DNA of 64,000 bases from Sphyrna mokarran (taxonomy: Eukaryota). The position numbers and the translations under genes were made by a program. The notes beneath the pieces were generated by a model. That model did no database searches and was not told the origin of the DNA. It saw nothing but the letters and a program-made list of their open reading frames with translations. This document shows, piece by piece, positions 37,910 through 50,760 of the stretch (position 1 is the first letter of the stretch; each line of letters starts with the position of its first letter). The DNA lies in contig JAGIQG010000014.1 in the NCBI GenBank assembly GCA_024679065.1, positions 66,278,001-66,342,000 of the forward strand, written 5' to 3'.

Positions 37910-39888
37910 GATCTGAGTGTGGGTCTTACGTTCTCTCCAGAGTAATCTGCCCACTCCTGAACCGACGCCAAGGGTATCCATCATCTCTGAAGATCAGATT
38001 CTAGTCACAGACTTTTTAGTGTTGCCTTCCTGTCCTAACATGGCTTCAACTTTCTTGAAAGAGTTCCAACAACATTTTTTTAAAAAAATCCCAATTCCAA
38101 CATCACTTTCTCAGACCTGAACACGATATGTAGATGTTTGTATGTGTGTGCGGGGAAGGGGGGTACACACGGATATTTCTCCCACCCCCTGTCTGTTCCC
38201 AGGGCACTATGTTTAGAAGTAGAACGTTAAAACAAATGGATAATCTGGGATTCTGATGAAAGGACTGTTACAAAAAAAAGAGTTGAGGATACAGAGAATT
38301 CTAAGTTCCAGCGTCCTTCTTTATTTTAGCTGGAAGGCTTTGTGCAAGAAGCAGTCTGTTAATTTTACCCTTGAGTAACACACGTATAATATCTTTGGAA
38401 TCGTGTATAGTACGATTACTAGGAGAGACGCACAGTTCACATAGACAGGCACACAGAGATGCAAAGGTCCTCTTGAATTCCCTGATTCAAGTGAGCGCAG
38501 ATGGTGTTAGTATTAGAATGTTGCTAATCTGTAGTCAAGGCTGTGGGTACATCTGAATTCAGAATCTAAATAAACACACAAGTACTGACCTGTGAATGGG
38601 CTTCATGTGGGAATCGGACAGGAAATCCTCTTTTTTTCCCCCGTCTGAAGCTCTGGCGTCGCCTACTCACATCCCAATCTCACCCCTCCCCCGGCCAGCC
38701 CCCACCCCCATGGCTCAAAGCCAACATGAAATAACCCTCCGCTGGCTTTGGGAAGTAAATTCAGTGGAAGATTCGGTGGGGGAGGGTCACTCCTTCCTGC
38801 AAATAACTGCCTGAATCGCAGGGCAAGATAAAAACACAGAACAACACCCCCCACCCCCCCTTTCCCCCCGCTTCCCTCTCAACATTAGCAACCATTTTCC
38901 CGTGGAATTTTAGACATAATCTTGCCATTTCTCGTGATTTCTGCACTGTCCTGGAGAGCAAAAACGACAGTCCAGAATCTAGCTTAACGTGCATCGCTTG
39001 GGGATCTCACTCTGTGACTTTTCAGGATTCTCCCAAAGAACATGCATGCCCCATGTCCAGTGAAATTCCGCTCTCCCACTTCCAACGCTGAAGCCAAAAA
39101 GAGAGAGGAGGTCATTTAGAAGGAATGCAGTTATTAATGTCACTTTTAATAGTTCTGACCTGGGACACCAGCCTCGTCTCCTCCAACTCCTGGCTCCTCT
39201 TTTTCCTAAGTTAACCCTTGGATATAAGTGCCTTCTCCTTACCTTGTATAAATATATAAATCGAATAAATCAGATTGTATCTCCTTTACTGGATCTGGGC
39301 GAAATCTGAGACATTTAAAGCATTGAGTCAAAGAGGAGTTTTGTTAATGAAAGCAGCGGTACTCCCGGTAAATCATCCCTTGACTACACAGAATACACCA
39401 TTTTTTTATTTCAGGAAAGTTTTCTTTAAAATTCGAGAATTATAATACTGCTCCCTCTCCCTGTCCCGCATTGTACACATATAATGTGCATCAGACACTT
39501 GTCAATATATATTAATCTGCACTTAATGGTGGCACGCTTACTTCAGGGTGGTATTAACCGTTCTGTTTCAATGTTGGCCTGATCGATATCTTCTGCCTAT
39601 CCCTCTCCTGTCATGGTCAAGGGTGGGGGAAGCAGATTCGATAGTGATTGTTAAAAAGAAATGGGATTCACGGTTCATTTACCCTGCAGGGGTAGCAGGG
39701 CACAGGAAAAGTGCAGGAAAAGTTGAACTGAACAGCCGGCAGGGGAATGATGTATCCAATAGTCTCCTGTCCCGATCCTGTCCTTCTCATCTTTCTGATC
39801 CCTCCCATCCCCTCCCGACACCACCGCCCCTCCCAACTCCCACTGTGTCTCCCTCCCCGTTATGTTCTCACGTCAATGTATCACAACA

Positions 39889-39989
39889 CCTCCCCCCCTA
39901 CTATAGAAGTCAATTATTCTCGGCAGATGTTAAAGACCCTCCCCCCATATGGAAGTGAATTATTCCCGGCAGATGTCGAAAGGTCCTCC
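39889..39989. repeat. imperfect tandem duplication, about 48 bp x2
   Basis: cctcccccc...gaagt(c/g)aattattc(t/c)cggcagatgt occurs twice. Confidence 0.8.
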
Positions 39990-41393
39990 TGACATCCAGC
40001 TGTTTACACCTGCTGAAATGATCCAGCTGTAACTATAGCCCCACACAACCAATACAGAGAGAGGATCCACCCAAATGATTGATCCGGTTAATCTCTACAA
40101 TCACCCTCGACTCCACAGGATTCTCAAAATAAACTTCAAAAATGTTGGGTGGGTTCAACAAAAGTTGCCCCGGGGTTGAAGTTTGAAAATGCTGTGATTT
40201 TCTTTAAAACTTTAAACGGCTCCTGTTGTTAATGTCCTGGATACAAAGTATAAGTACTTCTTGGCAGAGAAATAAGCTTCAGAGGTTATCGTCAATTGAA
40301 AAGAAAACTTGCAAAATTCCCAGATTTACATCAAAATTCACATTCCACGTTGGAAACGGATCCATTTCGTGACGATGATAAAAGGAAGAATTTTAATGCA
40401 TTCACCGAATTAAATACAAACACACATTTACAGAAAGCTCAATAATGCTCCATGTTAAACTCAGCAAAAATAGTTGAACAAACGTTAGGTTTTTTTTAAC
40501 TCAAAGATTTGTGTTAAGATCGAGACTAACCAGCGGTTACTGGGCTCACGGTTGTAACTGTAGCCAAAAGGACTCTCAATGCTTCAGAAGAAGTTTAAAT
40601 TACAAGCGACAGTTTGTGTGGTTAAAAAAAGACCATGGGGAGAGGTCCCATTGTTGTCAGGGAAAAGTAATGAGGGGTTCAGGTCCTCCGCCTCCTCTTC
40701 TTGTGTGTCTATGTGATCCTTTGTCCGATCAGCCACACAAGAAACTTCATCCCAGTTACTGTAGCAAAGATCTTTCTCAACCTGACCCCACCCTGAAATA
40801 CAGAGGATCACTTTCCCTGCTCCGGGGTTGTCTATGTATGATCCCGTAACTAAATACAAAGAAACCTCTCCAAAGTTCTCTCACGCCAGCCCCGAACGGG
40901 ATCAAAATGGATCAAACCACCCGTTTTGTAACGGGATTCATTAGGAGTGAAACACTTTTTTTAAAAAAAAGAAGTGTTTTCAGTGGGTAAAGGAAGACCC
41001 TGGTAACAAACTTCTCAGTTTTTGGTTCAAAAATAACTCAGTGAATACTGAAGACACGGGAAGCGATAAAGGACCTTACACACTCTATAGACAACAAAGA
41101 AAATCCTTCAGAAACAACCCATGGACCAATAGTAGTAATAACATCTCTAAACAGTTAACATCTAAACATTGCTAGGCAGCATCGCATTGTAAGTCAACGG
41201 GAGTGCACAGAAAGTGACAGCAAGTTGTAGCTAATCATCAATAAAAGAGCAGGAAAAAGCTAAGCAGTGGATAAAAGGACGCAATCTTAAGTTTGCATTG
41301 AGTACTTTATCACCGATTTGCAGAAGTGCTAACAAAGAAGCGGGGGGGGGGGCGAATAGTTTCGGATAACAAACAGAAAGTGTGTAGTCGTAC

Positions 41394-41500
41394 CTCGGAA
41401 AGAAGAAGAGGAGACCGTACGGCGGTGAGAGAGCACCAGGCTAACTGAGACACGGGAAGAAACTGGCTCTTTAGAGCTAGCTGACAGGAAATGAAGCAAT
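41394..41500 (-). other. SPARC: probable non-coding SPARC exon 1 (TSS approximate)
   Basis: ends ttccGAG|gtacga; contains tttcctgt...ctctaaa and is preceded by cagccca, as I recall for the mammalian SPARC 5' end; repeat-free, CpG-richer context; intron 1 about 11.8 kb. Confidence 0.7.
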
Positions 41501-41560
41501 GATATCCCTGGTGGGCTGGCTCTCGGTCTCTCCCCCCTCCTCCCCACCACTACCCCTTTT
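41500..41560 (-). promoter_or_regulatory. purine-rich GGA-box-like TATA-less SPARC promoter
   Basis: minus strand ggggtagtggtggggaggaggggggagagaccgagagccagccca; SPARC promoters are known to be TATA-less with GGAGG boxes. Confidence 0.6.
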
Positions 41561-42469
41561 CAAATTGTTCTGGCTGGAAAATCAAATGCATAGTTTGCTG
41601 GTGGAATGCACCCTTTGCCGCAGACCAGAACAATCTATCCCCGGCGTCCTCTGGGCACATATATCTGTCTGTCTCCAAAACTCTGCCCGTTAACATCAAA
41701 CGGCACGGTTTTTGTTCAGCGGATCCCCACTAACGCTGGCGTTTGTGAATTCTACCGGCGTGCAGAGATTTATTAACAACTCATCCGTTGCTTCTGTAAT
41801 CGGTTCTTTGTGTCTCCGCAGTGCCTAGGAGAACAAAAAAACATCTGGATTTGTTTTCACATGGTGGTGGTGGGGGTTGGGGGGTAGAGGGAATTGTCAA
41901 CGTGGCAGCTGCATATCTACGTGGTCCAAATCTTAAATTTAACGAAACCCAATGAAGGGAGTGCAGATAATTACCACGGTCCATCTGAGTAGACGTGGCG
42001 TACAGCTGCACCCTCTATAAACATGCTCCGGCATAGCTTTAGCAATGGAATTCACAGATTAGCTCCTCAAGAATGTACTGCAGTGTCATTTCTTTTGTGC
42101 ATTTTCTGATTTTAGGATTTTCGTCCGTGGCAATTCTTTTTAAAATCGATCACATTTTGGAAAATATCCCAAATTTTAAAATTAGTTGATAGCAAAGTGA
42201 AATTTTGCAACTTGAATCTTTCCTAGCTGTGTTTTTCTTCCATTGCCCTTGCTGTGATCATGTCAATAGTTCTAATGAAGTCATTGAGTACACTTATTAT
42301 CCAGATCATGTTTAAACTGACAAATGCAAGGATACAACCTCCTCTCCCCCCCCCCCCCCGGCCGTGGCTTGGTCAATATTTATCCCTCAAATAAAAAAAA
42401 ATCAAATGGCCTGGACATCATCTCATCACTGTTTATGGATGCTTGCTGTGCACAACTTTGTGCACTGTA

Positions 42470-43340
42470 TTTTGTTATTCAATCGCGGAATGTGGACTTT
42501 GCTGGCTAGGCCAGTATTTTTATCCCCATTCCCTTATTGCCCTTGAAAAGATGGTGATGAGCTGCCTTCTTAAACTACCGTGCTCCATATGGTGTGGGTA
42601 CACCCACAATGTTGTTAGGAAGGGAGTTCCAGGATTTTGATCCAGTGATGGTGAAGGAACCGCAATGTAGTTTCAGGTCAGGATAGTGTGGTTTGGAAGG
42701 GAACTTGCAGGTGATGGCGTTCCCAGGCATCTGGTGCCCTTATACTTGAGGGTAGTAGAGGTTGCGGGTTTGGAAGATGCTATCACTGGTGCCTTGGTGA
42801 GCTCTGTATTGCATCTTGCCGGTGGCACCCACCACTCTATTTTAGGGAAAAGAAGTGAATATTTAAGGTAGTGGATGGGGTGCCAATCAAGAGGGCTACT
42901 CAACACATAATTCCTAGGCACTGACCCTGCTCTTGTAGCTAACACCCATATGGCTGATCCCCTTCAGTTTCTGGTCAATGGTAACCTCCAGGATGTTGAT
43001 AGTGGAGAATTCAACATTGGTAATGCCATTGACCATCAAAAGCAGATGGTAAGATTCTCTTCTGTTGCAGATGGTTGTTTCCTGGCACGTGAGGTATGAA
43101 TGTTACTTGCCACTTATCAGGTCTAGCTGTTGTCCATATAAACACGGACTTCTTCAATTTCTGAGGAGTGAGAAATAGTGCTTAACATTATCCAATCATC
43201 AGCAAACATCCTCATGTCTGTCTTTACAGCGGAGGGAAGGTCCACAATGAGAAGTTGAAGATGATTGGGCCAAGGGCACTATCCCAAGGATTTCCAGCAG
43301 CAATGTCTTGAGATGAATGACCTCCAAAAACCACAGCTTC
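42470..43340 (-). mobile_element. CR1/L2-group LINE 3' fragment nested in a DeuSINE-like element
   Basis: homologous to 26400-27605; Deu-like flanks at 42360-42460 (ggtcaatatttatccctcaa) and 43345-43445 (tacattacaacagtaactatactt). Confidence 0.7.
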
Positions 43341-43614
43341 TAACGTCTCTTACATTACAACAGTAACTATACTTAAAAAAACTTAAATAACTGTAAAAGG
43401 ATCTTGCATCTTGAAAAATGCTACACATAGGTAAATGTTTCTTTAAATCTCCTATGCACTAGATTCATTTAGAACCACTGTTAGTTCATATCCAAAATTA
43501 GAAATGCGCTTACATTCAGTTCCCACTGCTTTTTATATCCAAGGCTCTGATTCAAGTTTCTAAGTGTCCAAATCACCAACAACCTGCCCAAGTACCTCCA
43601 AGCTGATCCTATAG

Positions 43615-44195
43615 ATAAGAAAATCCACCAATGCCTCTACTTTCTGAGGAGGCTAAGGAAATTCAACATGTCTGCTACGACTCTCACCAATTTTTACAGA
43701 TGCACCATAGAAAGCATCCTTTCTGGTTGTATCACAGCTTGATGTGTTTCCTGTTCTGACCAAAACTACAAAGGGTTGTGTACGTAGCCCAGTCCATCAC
43801 GCAAACTAGCCTTCCATCCATTGATTCCACCCAAATTTCCCGCTGCCTCAGTAAAACAGCCAGCAAAATCAAAAACCCCATGCATACCAGATGTACACTT
43901 TTCTATCTTTTTCCATTGGGAACAAAATATAAAAGTCAGAGAACACATACCAACTGACTCAAGAACAGCTTCTTTCCCGCTGCCACTAGAATTTTGAGTA
44001 GACCTACCATACACTAAGCTGATCTTTCTGCACACCCTAACTAAGACTGTGACGCTATACTCTGCACCTTCTCTTCTCCTTCCCTATGTACTCTCTGAAC
44101 AGTATGCTTTGTTTGTGTAGCACACAAGACTTTTCACCATATCCCAATACATATGACATTAATAAATCAAACCAAATCAAATCAAATCAAATTAA
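43615..44195 (+). mobile_element. Rex1/Babar-like LINE 3' fragment
   Basis: tttttacagatgcaccatagaaagcatcc (FYRCTIESIL); (AAATC)n tail at 44161-44195. Confidence 0.8.
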
Positions 44196-44339
44196 ATCCT
44201 ATTCCTATTCCTACCTTTATCCACTGGGATATTTCTATTCATGTCCATTTTCAAGTTTATACCTATGCAAAAAACACAATACTACTCGCTGCTGTCCTAT
44301 CTAAAGGAATAACCTTAAAACAAAGGATGAAAAAGGGGT

Positions 44340-44685
44340 TACCTAATTGTGGTATAAGGGTTTGAGAAGTGGTAGACAGGAAAGACTTACTTCCCCCTAA
44401 CTGAGGGCTCGATTAACAAGGGGACAAAGATTTAAAGTGATTGGTAGAAGGATACCAAAAAGGTGGTGGGTGTTTGGAATTTATTAGTGGTTGAGGTTGA
44501 AGCACTCAGTTCATTTAAAAAGTATCTGGATCTGGATCTGAAGTGCTGTAACCTGCAAGGCTACGGACCAAGTGCTGGAAGTCAGATTAAAATGAGCAGC
44601 TCTTTTTGTTTCTCTCTTTTTTTGGCAGGTGCAGACATAATGGGCTGAATGCCTTTGACTGCACCATTATATTGCTATGATTCCA
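44340..44685 (+). mobile_element. CR1 3' fragment
   Basis: agatttaaagtgattggtagaagg...VVGVWNLL...atgggctgaatgcc. Confidence 0.6.
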
Positions 44686-45197
44686 TGGAACAGTGACTAG
44701 GATGTTCAGCTGCTTGAGTCAATTCCACCATCCCATTTTATCATGGCTAGTGTATATCTAAAATCAGTTACTTTGCTTTGTTCCATAATATGCATTCCTA
44801 ACAAAACTAATTGATTATTTGAAAATTTTGATTGACTCAACACCCAGGCGTTACTACCATGTGTGAAGAAATACTTCTTGCTTTCACTGCTAAAAGTGCA
44901 GTACATTCACCAAATCTTCTCTATACTTTATAAACATGCCTTCCCGTATTTTAATACATGGTACTGTTGCATTCAGAATCCTCTTGTACTCCATATACAA
45001 TATAATTCTATGAAGATATAACACACCATTTATAGGCTAATATAATATCTCCCTTACAACCTCTAAAATTATTTTACATCTTTAGATTCACCATGACCAC
45101 CTCTCTGCCAAAGCATCCCATAGACGTTTTTCTGGCCTTGATACACAACTTCTATCACTATGTTCTGAGATTCATTATATCATTTTCTAAATGTTGA

Positions 45198-45400
45198 CCA
45201 GAATTTTCCAGTTGTTCACGTCGGTAGGATTCTCCAGTCCTGCCAGCAGCGCACCCCCACCCATGGGTTTCCCACTAGAATGGATGACATCAGTGGGAAT
45301 TCCCACTGACAGCAGCGGGACAAGAGAAGCCCACCGCCAGCAAACGACGTGCCACGTCCCACAAGCAGGAAACACGCTAGAATGCTGGAGAATCCCACCC
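45198..45400. mobile_element. MITE-like GC-rich element
   Basis: termini agaattttccag ... ctggagaatccc form imperfect inverted repeats; related ends at 49628-49730 and 59565-60309. Confidence 0.55.
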
Positions 45401-46701
45401 GTTGTCACAATTCTTTGTAACATATGAAATATATTTATCGGACTGTAGCTTGTGTAAGATACCTTCTCCACCACTATTTTCAACCTTGAAACTCATTTGA
45501 AAGTCTATATCTAGTTGTCAAGAGTAACTGCCATAAATTCTACCCTATGTTATAACAACAGTAATATGCATTAAAGTCTTTCACAGCAATATGTTAACAT
45601 TAAGATTGGAAAAAGGCATTACAAAACAGATCTGTGATTCCAGGTTGCCATTCCCTTGTCTCTGACCATGCCTTTCTAGGCTTCTGTGTTGCTGTGTTCA
45701 TTGTTTCCTTTTTCATTCTTTGCATGCTGTCTGCATTCCTTTCTATATATATACCTATGTTCTGCTTTGTTTATTCTGTCCCTACCTCTGTGCATCTTGG
45801 AATATGAAAATGTACCTAATGCAAAAGAATAAATATGTCTGCATTACTCGAGAGAAATTTAACTGAGAAAATAATAATATTGCACAATAAGCAGTATCAG
45901 ATTCAAAGCGGACAAAGAAATAATGCCTGACTCAGTTGAATTTCATGGCTGGTTGGATGTAATGATTTAAGACAAATATTTCAATCAGGTTTACAAGATG
46001 TAATCATGAAACCAGAAGCTAATTCATGGTTACCAGCATTCTAGTGTCAGTATCCCATTGAGCAAATATTTGCACAACTGTTGTCACCATGTCATTGTGA
46101 GAAGGAGATAATCCTGTGCCATACACAAGTATTTTCTTTATATTTCATGGAAGGATTCTAGATAAAACATATCTTACCTACAGTGAACTAGTAAGAATAG
46201 TTGGCAAACCCTATGTTTTGTGGGTTGATAACACAAGCAATTGAATGCCTGAGTTCCCTTAATATTGGAACAAGCATCTCACAGTATAACTTCAGGGCAT
46301 GTCGACCAAAAATGCCTGTTCTTTACTCAATTGATAGACCTCTACTGGGACGACAGTCAAGATCCAACTATTGACTTAATTGCTCAAGGAATAAGGAAAT
46401 AAGATCCAATGTTACTCCTCCAAATTGGTATCTAATGATATTTTCAGGAAAGTATTTATCATATTAGCTAAGAAAAGAATCAAAATTGATGGCTATGCCC
46501 CTCTAGGTCACATGAAGAATGATAATTTGGTCATGGAACCTGGAAATGGTTGATGAGAATATGAGGTTGCATCTGAGCATGAGTCAGAATATTTAAGTGA
46601 GGAGAGGGCAGAGAAAAGAAGAATTGCAACCTATCTCATTGTTGGAAGATCTCTAATTAGCACTACCTTTGCTTTCAGTTCTTTCAATGCTGCCAACATT
46701 T

Positions 46702-46956
46702 GGGGTGGCACAGTGGCACAGTGGTTAGCACTGCTGCCTCATAATGCCAAGGTCCAGGACTTGATTCCAATTTTGATTGACTGCTTGTATGCAGTTTACA
46801 TGTTCTTCCTGTGTATGCGTGGGTTTCTTCTGGTTACCTCCTACAGACCAAAAATATGCAGATTAGGCTGGATTGGCCCTGGGTCACATGCTCTTTAAGA
46901 GAGTTGATGCAGGCTCGATAGGCCAAATGGTTTCCTTGATGACTGAAGAGATTTCA
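46702..46956 (+). mobile_element. HE1-like V-SINE
   Basis: ggggtggcacagtggcacagtggttagcactgctgcctc...ggccaaatgg. Confidence 0.8.
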
Positions 46957-48344
46957 TTTTATTGTTGAACCAGATTCCTATTTTTTTGTCAAGGCATACA
47001 GGGAATCAAACAATATTGGTTTCACATTTTGTTATCAAACATGACACATCTCAGGCAATGGTTAGGTAAACATTTGTAATTGTAAAACATATGGAAATAT
47101 GTAGTAACTGGATTATTCCACTCTACTAGTTGATAGAGGATATTTTTAAGGAGGAATGTGAAAAATACAAGGTAACAGTCCTTGAAAAGGAATGGACAGA
47201 GCAATTCCTAATGAGTACTTGGAATTTCATACATCATATAATTTATTCAGCAACATGGAACACAAAATAAAGTGAATGGGGGTAATGCTTGAAACACGTC
47301 TTGTCCATCCAAAGTAAGGCATCAGAATTGTTAACAATTGTGAATTGTATGTTGAATTTATTCTCATGTGGAAACATAAGCCTTTGTTTCATCTCAAACT
47401 GCAATGCCCACGAGAGCTGGCTTCACAAATTTGACAGCTATTTAAAAATATGTAGCATGCAATAATTGATGGAAGCTACCGAAGGAAGCAGTCAATTTTA
47501 ACATATTATGAGTGCCCATACGTCGGGGATAATGCACAACTCACCACTACCTGTATGTAATATCCTCTAATTTACTCTCTAAATGATAGGGTAGGCTGTC
47601 CTCCAGGTGTGGTAATTGACAGTCACAATGTAAAGGGACCAATGTAACAAGGTAAGAATGGTAATGACAATTCAAGAACCACTTGTATGGTTACTTCATA
47701 ATTAAAAGAATCACAGAGTGAAATGTTAGGTTTGCCTGCTAAGTATTATTTTGCTTTTGTTTCTGGTTATTACTTCATCCATTTCTTTCTTTTTCACCTT
47801 TCTTGTTCTTTTTCGCCCAAGGGGATTTTGTTGGGGTGCAAACACAAAGGACATTTTGCATATTTGTTACACTGGGGTAATCTTAAAATCAATCACAATA
47901 GTGCTCAGCCTACTGATGTACTGGACTCGCTCTCCATGACAGAGTCTTTAAAAAATTAAGATGTCTCCAGCAAACTATACACTTTAACATATTTTTCTCA
48001 GTAGAGAGACGGAATCGCCAAACACATCTTCCTTCAGTTTGGACTGTAGAATACCCAAACATATTTCAATCTTTAGGAACTTGGGATTATTAGCACAGCT
48101 TCCTCTGTCTGAAAAAAAAACTCTTCCATATGGATCTGAGAACAATCACATTAAATAGACATTTAGGATTACCCCAGCTAATTGTTATCTAGTGTATTCT
48201 ATTGGTTGGTAGCACAGAAGTCCGTGTATTGGGGATCCTGTGGCTAATCCTATCTAGCCTTATATGTCCTTCTCTTGCTAGCACTGTTAGCACCATTGCA
48301 CATTTCCTTTTGGTCAAAGTCACTACACAGCATCCTCAGCCAGA

Positions 48345-49535
48345 TGGGAATGGATTACCACAGTTTGTCTATTGCCGCAACAGGTCCACAGCAGATGACA
48401 TTTCCCTGGCCCTGCACTCAACCCTGGAACACTTAGATAACCTATGTCAGACTCCTATTTATTGACTAAAGCTCAGCCTTCAACACCATTATTCCTACAA
48501 AACTCATCTCCAAACTCCAGGAAATGCATCCTGAATTTCCTAACTCACAGAGAGTAATCAGGAAAGATAGGGAACAACACCTCCTCCATGATAATCCCCA
48601 ACACTGTGTTCTCAGCCACCTACTATACTTCTTATACACCTATGATTGTACGGTCAAAGTCCCCTCCAATTCGATTTTCAAGTTTGCTGATGACACCACC
48701 GTAGTGGGTCGGATCTCAAACAGTGATGAGACAGAGTACAGAAATGAGCGATAGAATCTGGTGAACTAGTGCGGTAACAATAATCTCTCCCTCAATGTCA
48801 ACAAAATGAAGGAGATTTTCATCGACTATCAGGAAGCATAAAGGAGAACATAACTGTCTACATCAATGGGGATGAAATAGAGAGGATCAAGAACTTCATG
48901 TTTTTAGGTGTCCAGATCACCAATAAGATGTACCGACTCCCCCTCCCCATGCCGATACTATAGTAAAGAAAGCCCACCAATGCCTCTACTTTCTCAGAAA
49001 ACTTAGGAAATTTGGCATGTTCAGCTACAACTCTCGCCGACTTTTACAGATGCACCATAGAAAGCATTCTTTTTGGTTCTTTCACGGCTTGGTATGGCTT
49101 CTGCTCTGCCCAAGACCATAAGGAACTACAAAAAGTCATAAATGTAGTCTAATCCATCACACAAACCAGCCTCCCATCCATTGACTCTGTTTATACTTCC
49201 AGCTGCCTCGGCAAACCAGCCAGCTTAATTAATGACCCCACATAACCCTGGACATTTTCTCTTCCACCTTCTTCCATTGGGAAAAAGATACAAGAGTCAT
49301 ACCAACTGACTCAAGAATAGCTCATTCCCTGCTGCTGTCTAACTTTTGAATGGACTTATCTTGCGTTAAGTTGATTTTTCTCTACACCTTAGTTGTGACT
49401 GTAACATTACATTCTGCACTGTCTCCTTTCCTTCTCTTTGAATGGTATGTTTTATCTGTATAGTGTGCAAGAAACAATACTTTTCACTGTATGTTACTAC
49501 GTGAGACAATAATAAATCAAATCAATTCAAATCAA
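48345..49535 (+). mobile_element. Rex1/Babar-like LINE RT and 3' end, decayed
   Basis: QFVYCRNRSTADDISLALHSTLEHLD and YTYDC...FKFADDTTVVGRIS (RT motif FADD); (AAATC)n tail. Confidence 0.88.
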
Positions 49536-50443
49536 AGAATGCTTGAGTATTTGAGTGCATATCTCCCTTCAAATTGGACCTCACAACCACCTATGATGAG
49601 AGGTAGTGAATTGTTTTGACATATCAGTTGGGATTTTACAGCCTCACTCATCCCAAAACTATAAAATCCCACCCAAGGTCAACGGACCTTTCCATAACCC
49701 ACAGCGGGTAGTTCAGTAAAATTCCAATCATCGTCTCCAGCTTAGAATTAACCAGTCCATACCAGTATTTATTCTCCTCATGAAAGGATTCCTCCAATCA
49801 GAAGTGAAAGATCATTGCAATATCCTGTTCTTTTGCTGGGAGGCCAAGATTAACACAGCTCTTCATGTCAAGAATTCAAGACAATGCTCATATATCTGCC
49901 TTGCATTGGGAATTCCTCACAATCTTGATTATAATTTCCTCCAACTGTGAATCTAAGACAGCTCAGTTCAATGTAGAACTTATGTCCTTCTAGCTTGGAT
50001 GTAAGTGCTGTTATTGCAGTTGTTTTTTTAACTGATAATTGAAAACAGCAAATAGTGCTTCTTAATGTAAATTTTACTGAGTAGAAATTAGTTTGTATCA
50101 AAGAATATCTGGCTACTGTTTTGTTTTTTGCATACGGTCCATATCATAGACATCTGTGGCCCACCCATCAAACATACATGTGCTAAACTTATCCAGTTGT
50201 GCTCTTTTGTCAAGGAAGATAAAATCTGAAGGATGAAATGATGAGAATGAAACCATGGGCTGGATTTTCATAGTCTTAGTCAGAACCAGAAAGAAGCAGG
50301 ACCAAAAAATGGCCAAATCTGCTCCCACACAAGGTCATTTTCATAAGGAAAGTGTAAGAAGTGAATCTTGGAAACTGTTCCTAGCAAAAGGGCAAGTGAC
50401 AATGTGGGAGTCTGATTTAGGTAAGTTTTATAATTTTCATGGA

Positions 50444-50760
50444 ATTTATTTTTATTCATTTGTGGGACATGGGCATCGCTGACTGGTCAGCATTTATTGC
50501 CCATCCCTAGTTCTCCTTGGAGAGCAGTTGAGAGTCAGCCAAAATTGCTGTGGCCAGATCAGGTTAGGACAGCAGATTCCTTCCCTAAAGGGCATGAGTG
50601 AACCAGGTGAGTATTTTGGACAATCAACAATGGTTTCATGGTCATTAGCCGATTCTTACTTTCAGGTATTTTTTTACTGAATTCAAATTCCACAATCTGC
50701 CATGGCAGGATTTGAACCCAGGTTCCCGGAATATTAACTGAGTTTCTGGATTAATAACCG
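50444..50760 (-). mobile_element. SINE-like non-autonomous retroposon
   Basis: minus strand B-box-like gggttcaaatcc, tail ctagggatgggcaataaatgctg...aatgaataaaaa. Confidence 0.7.
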
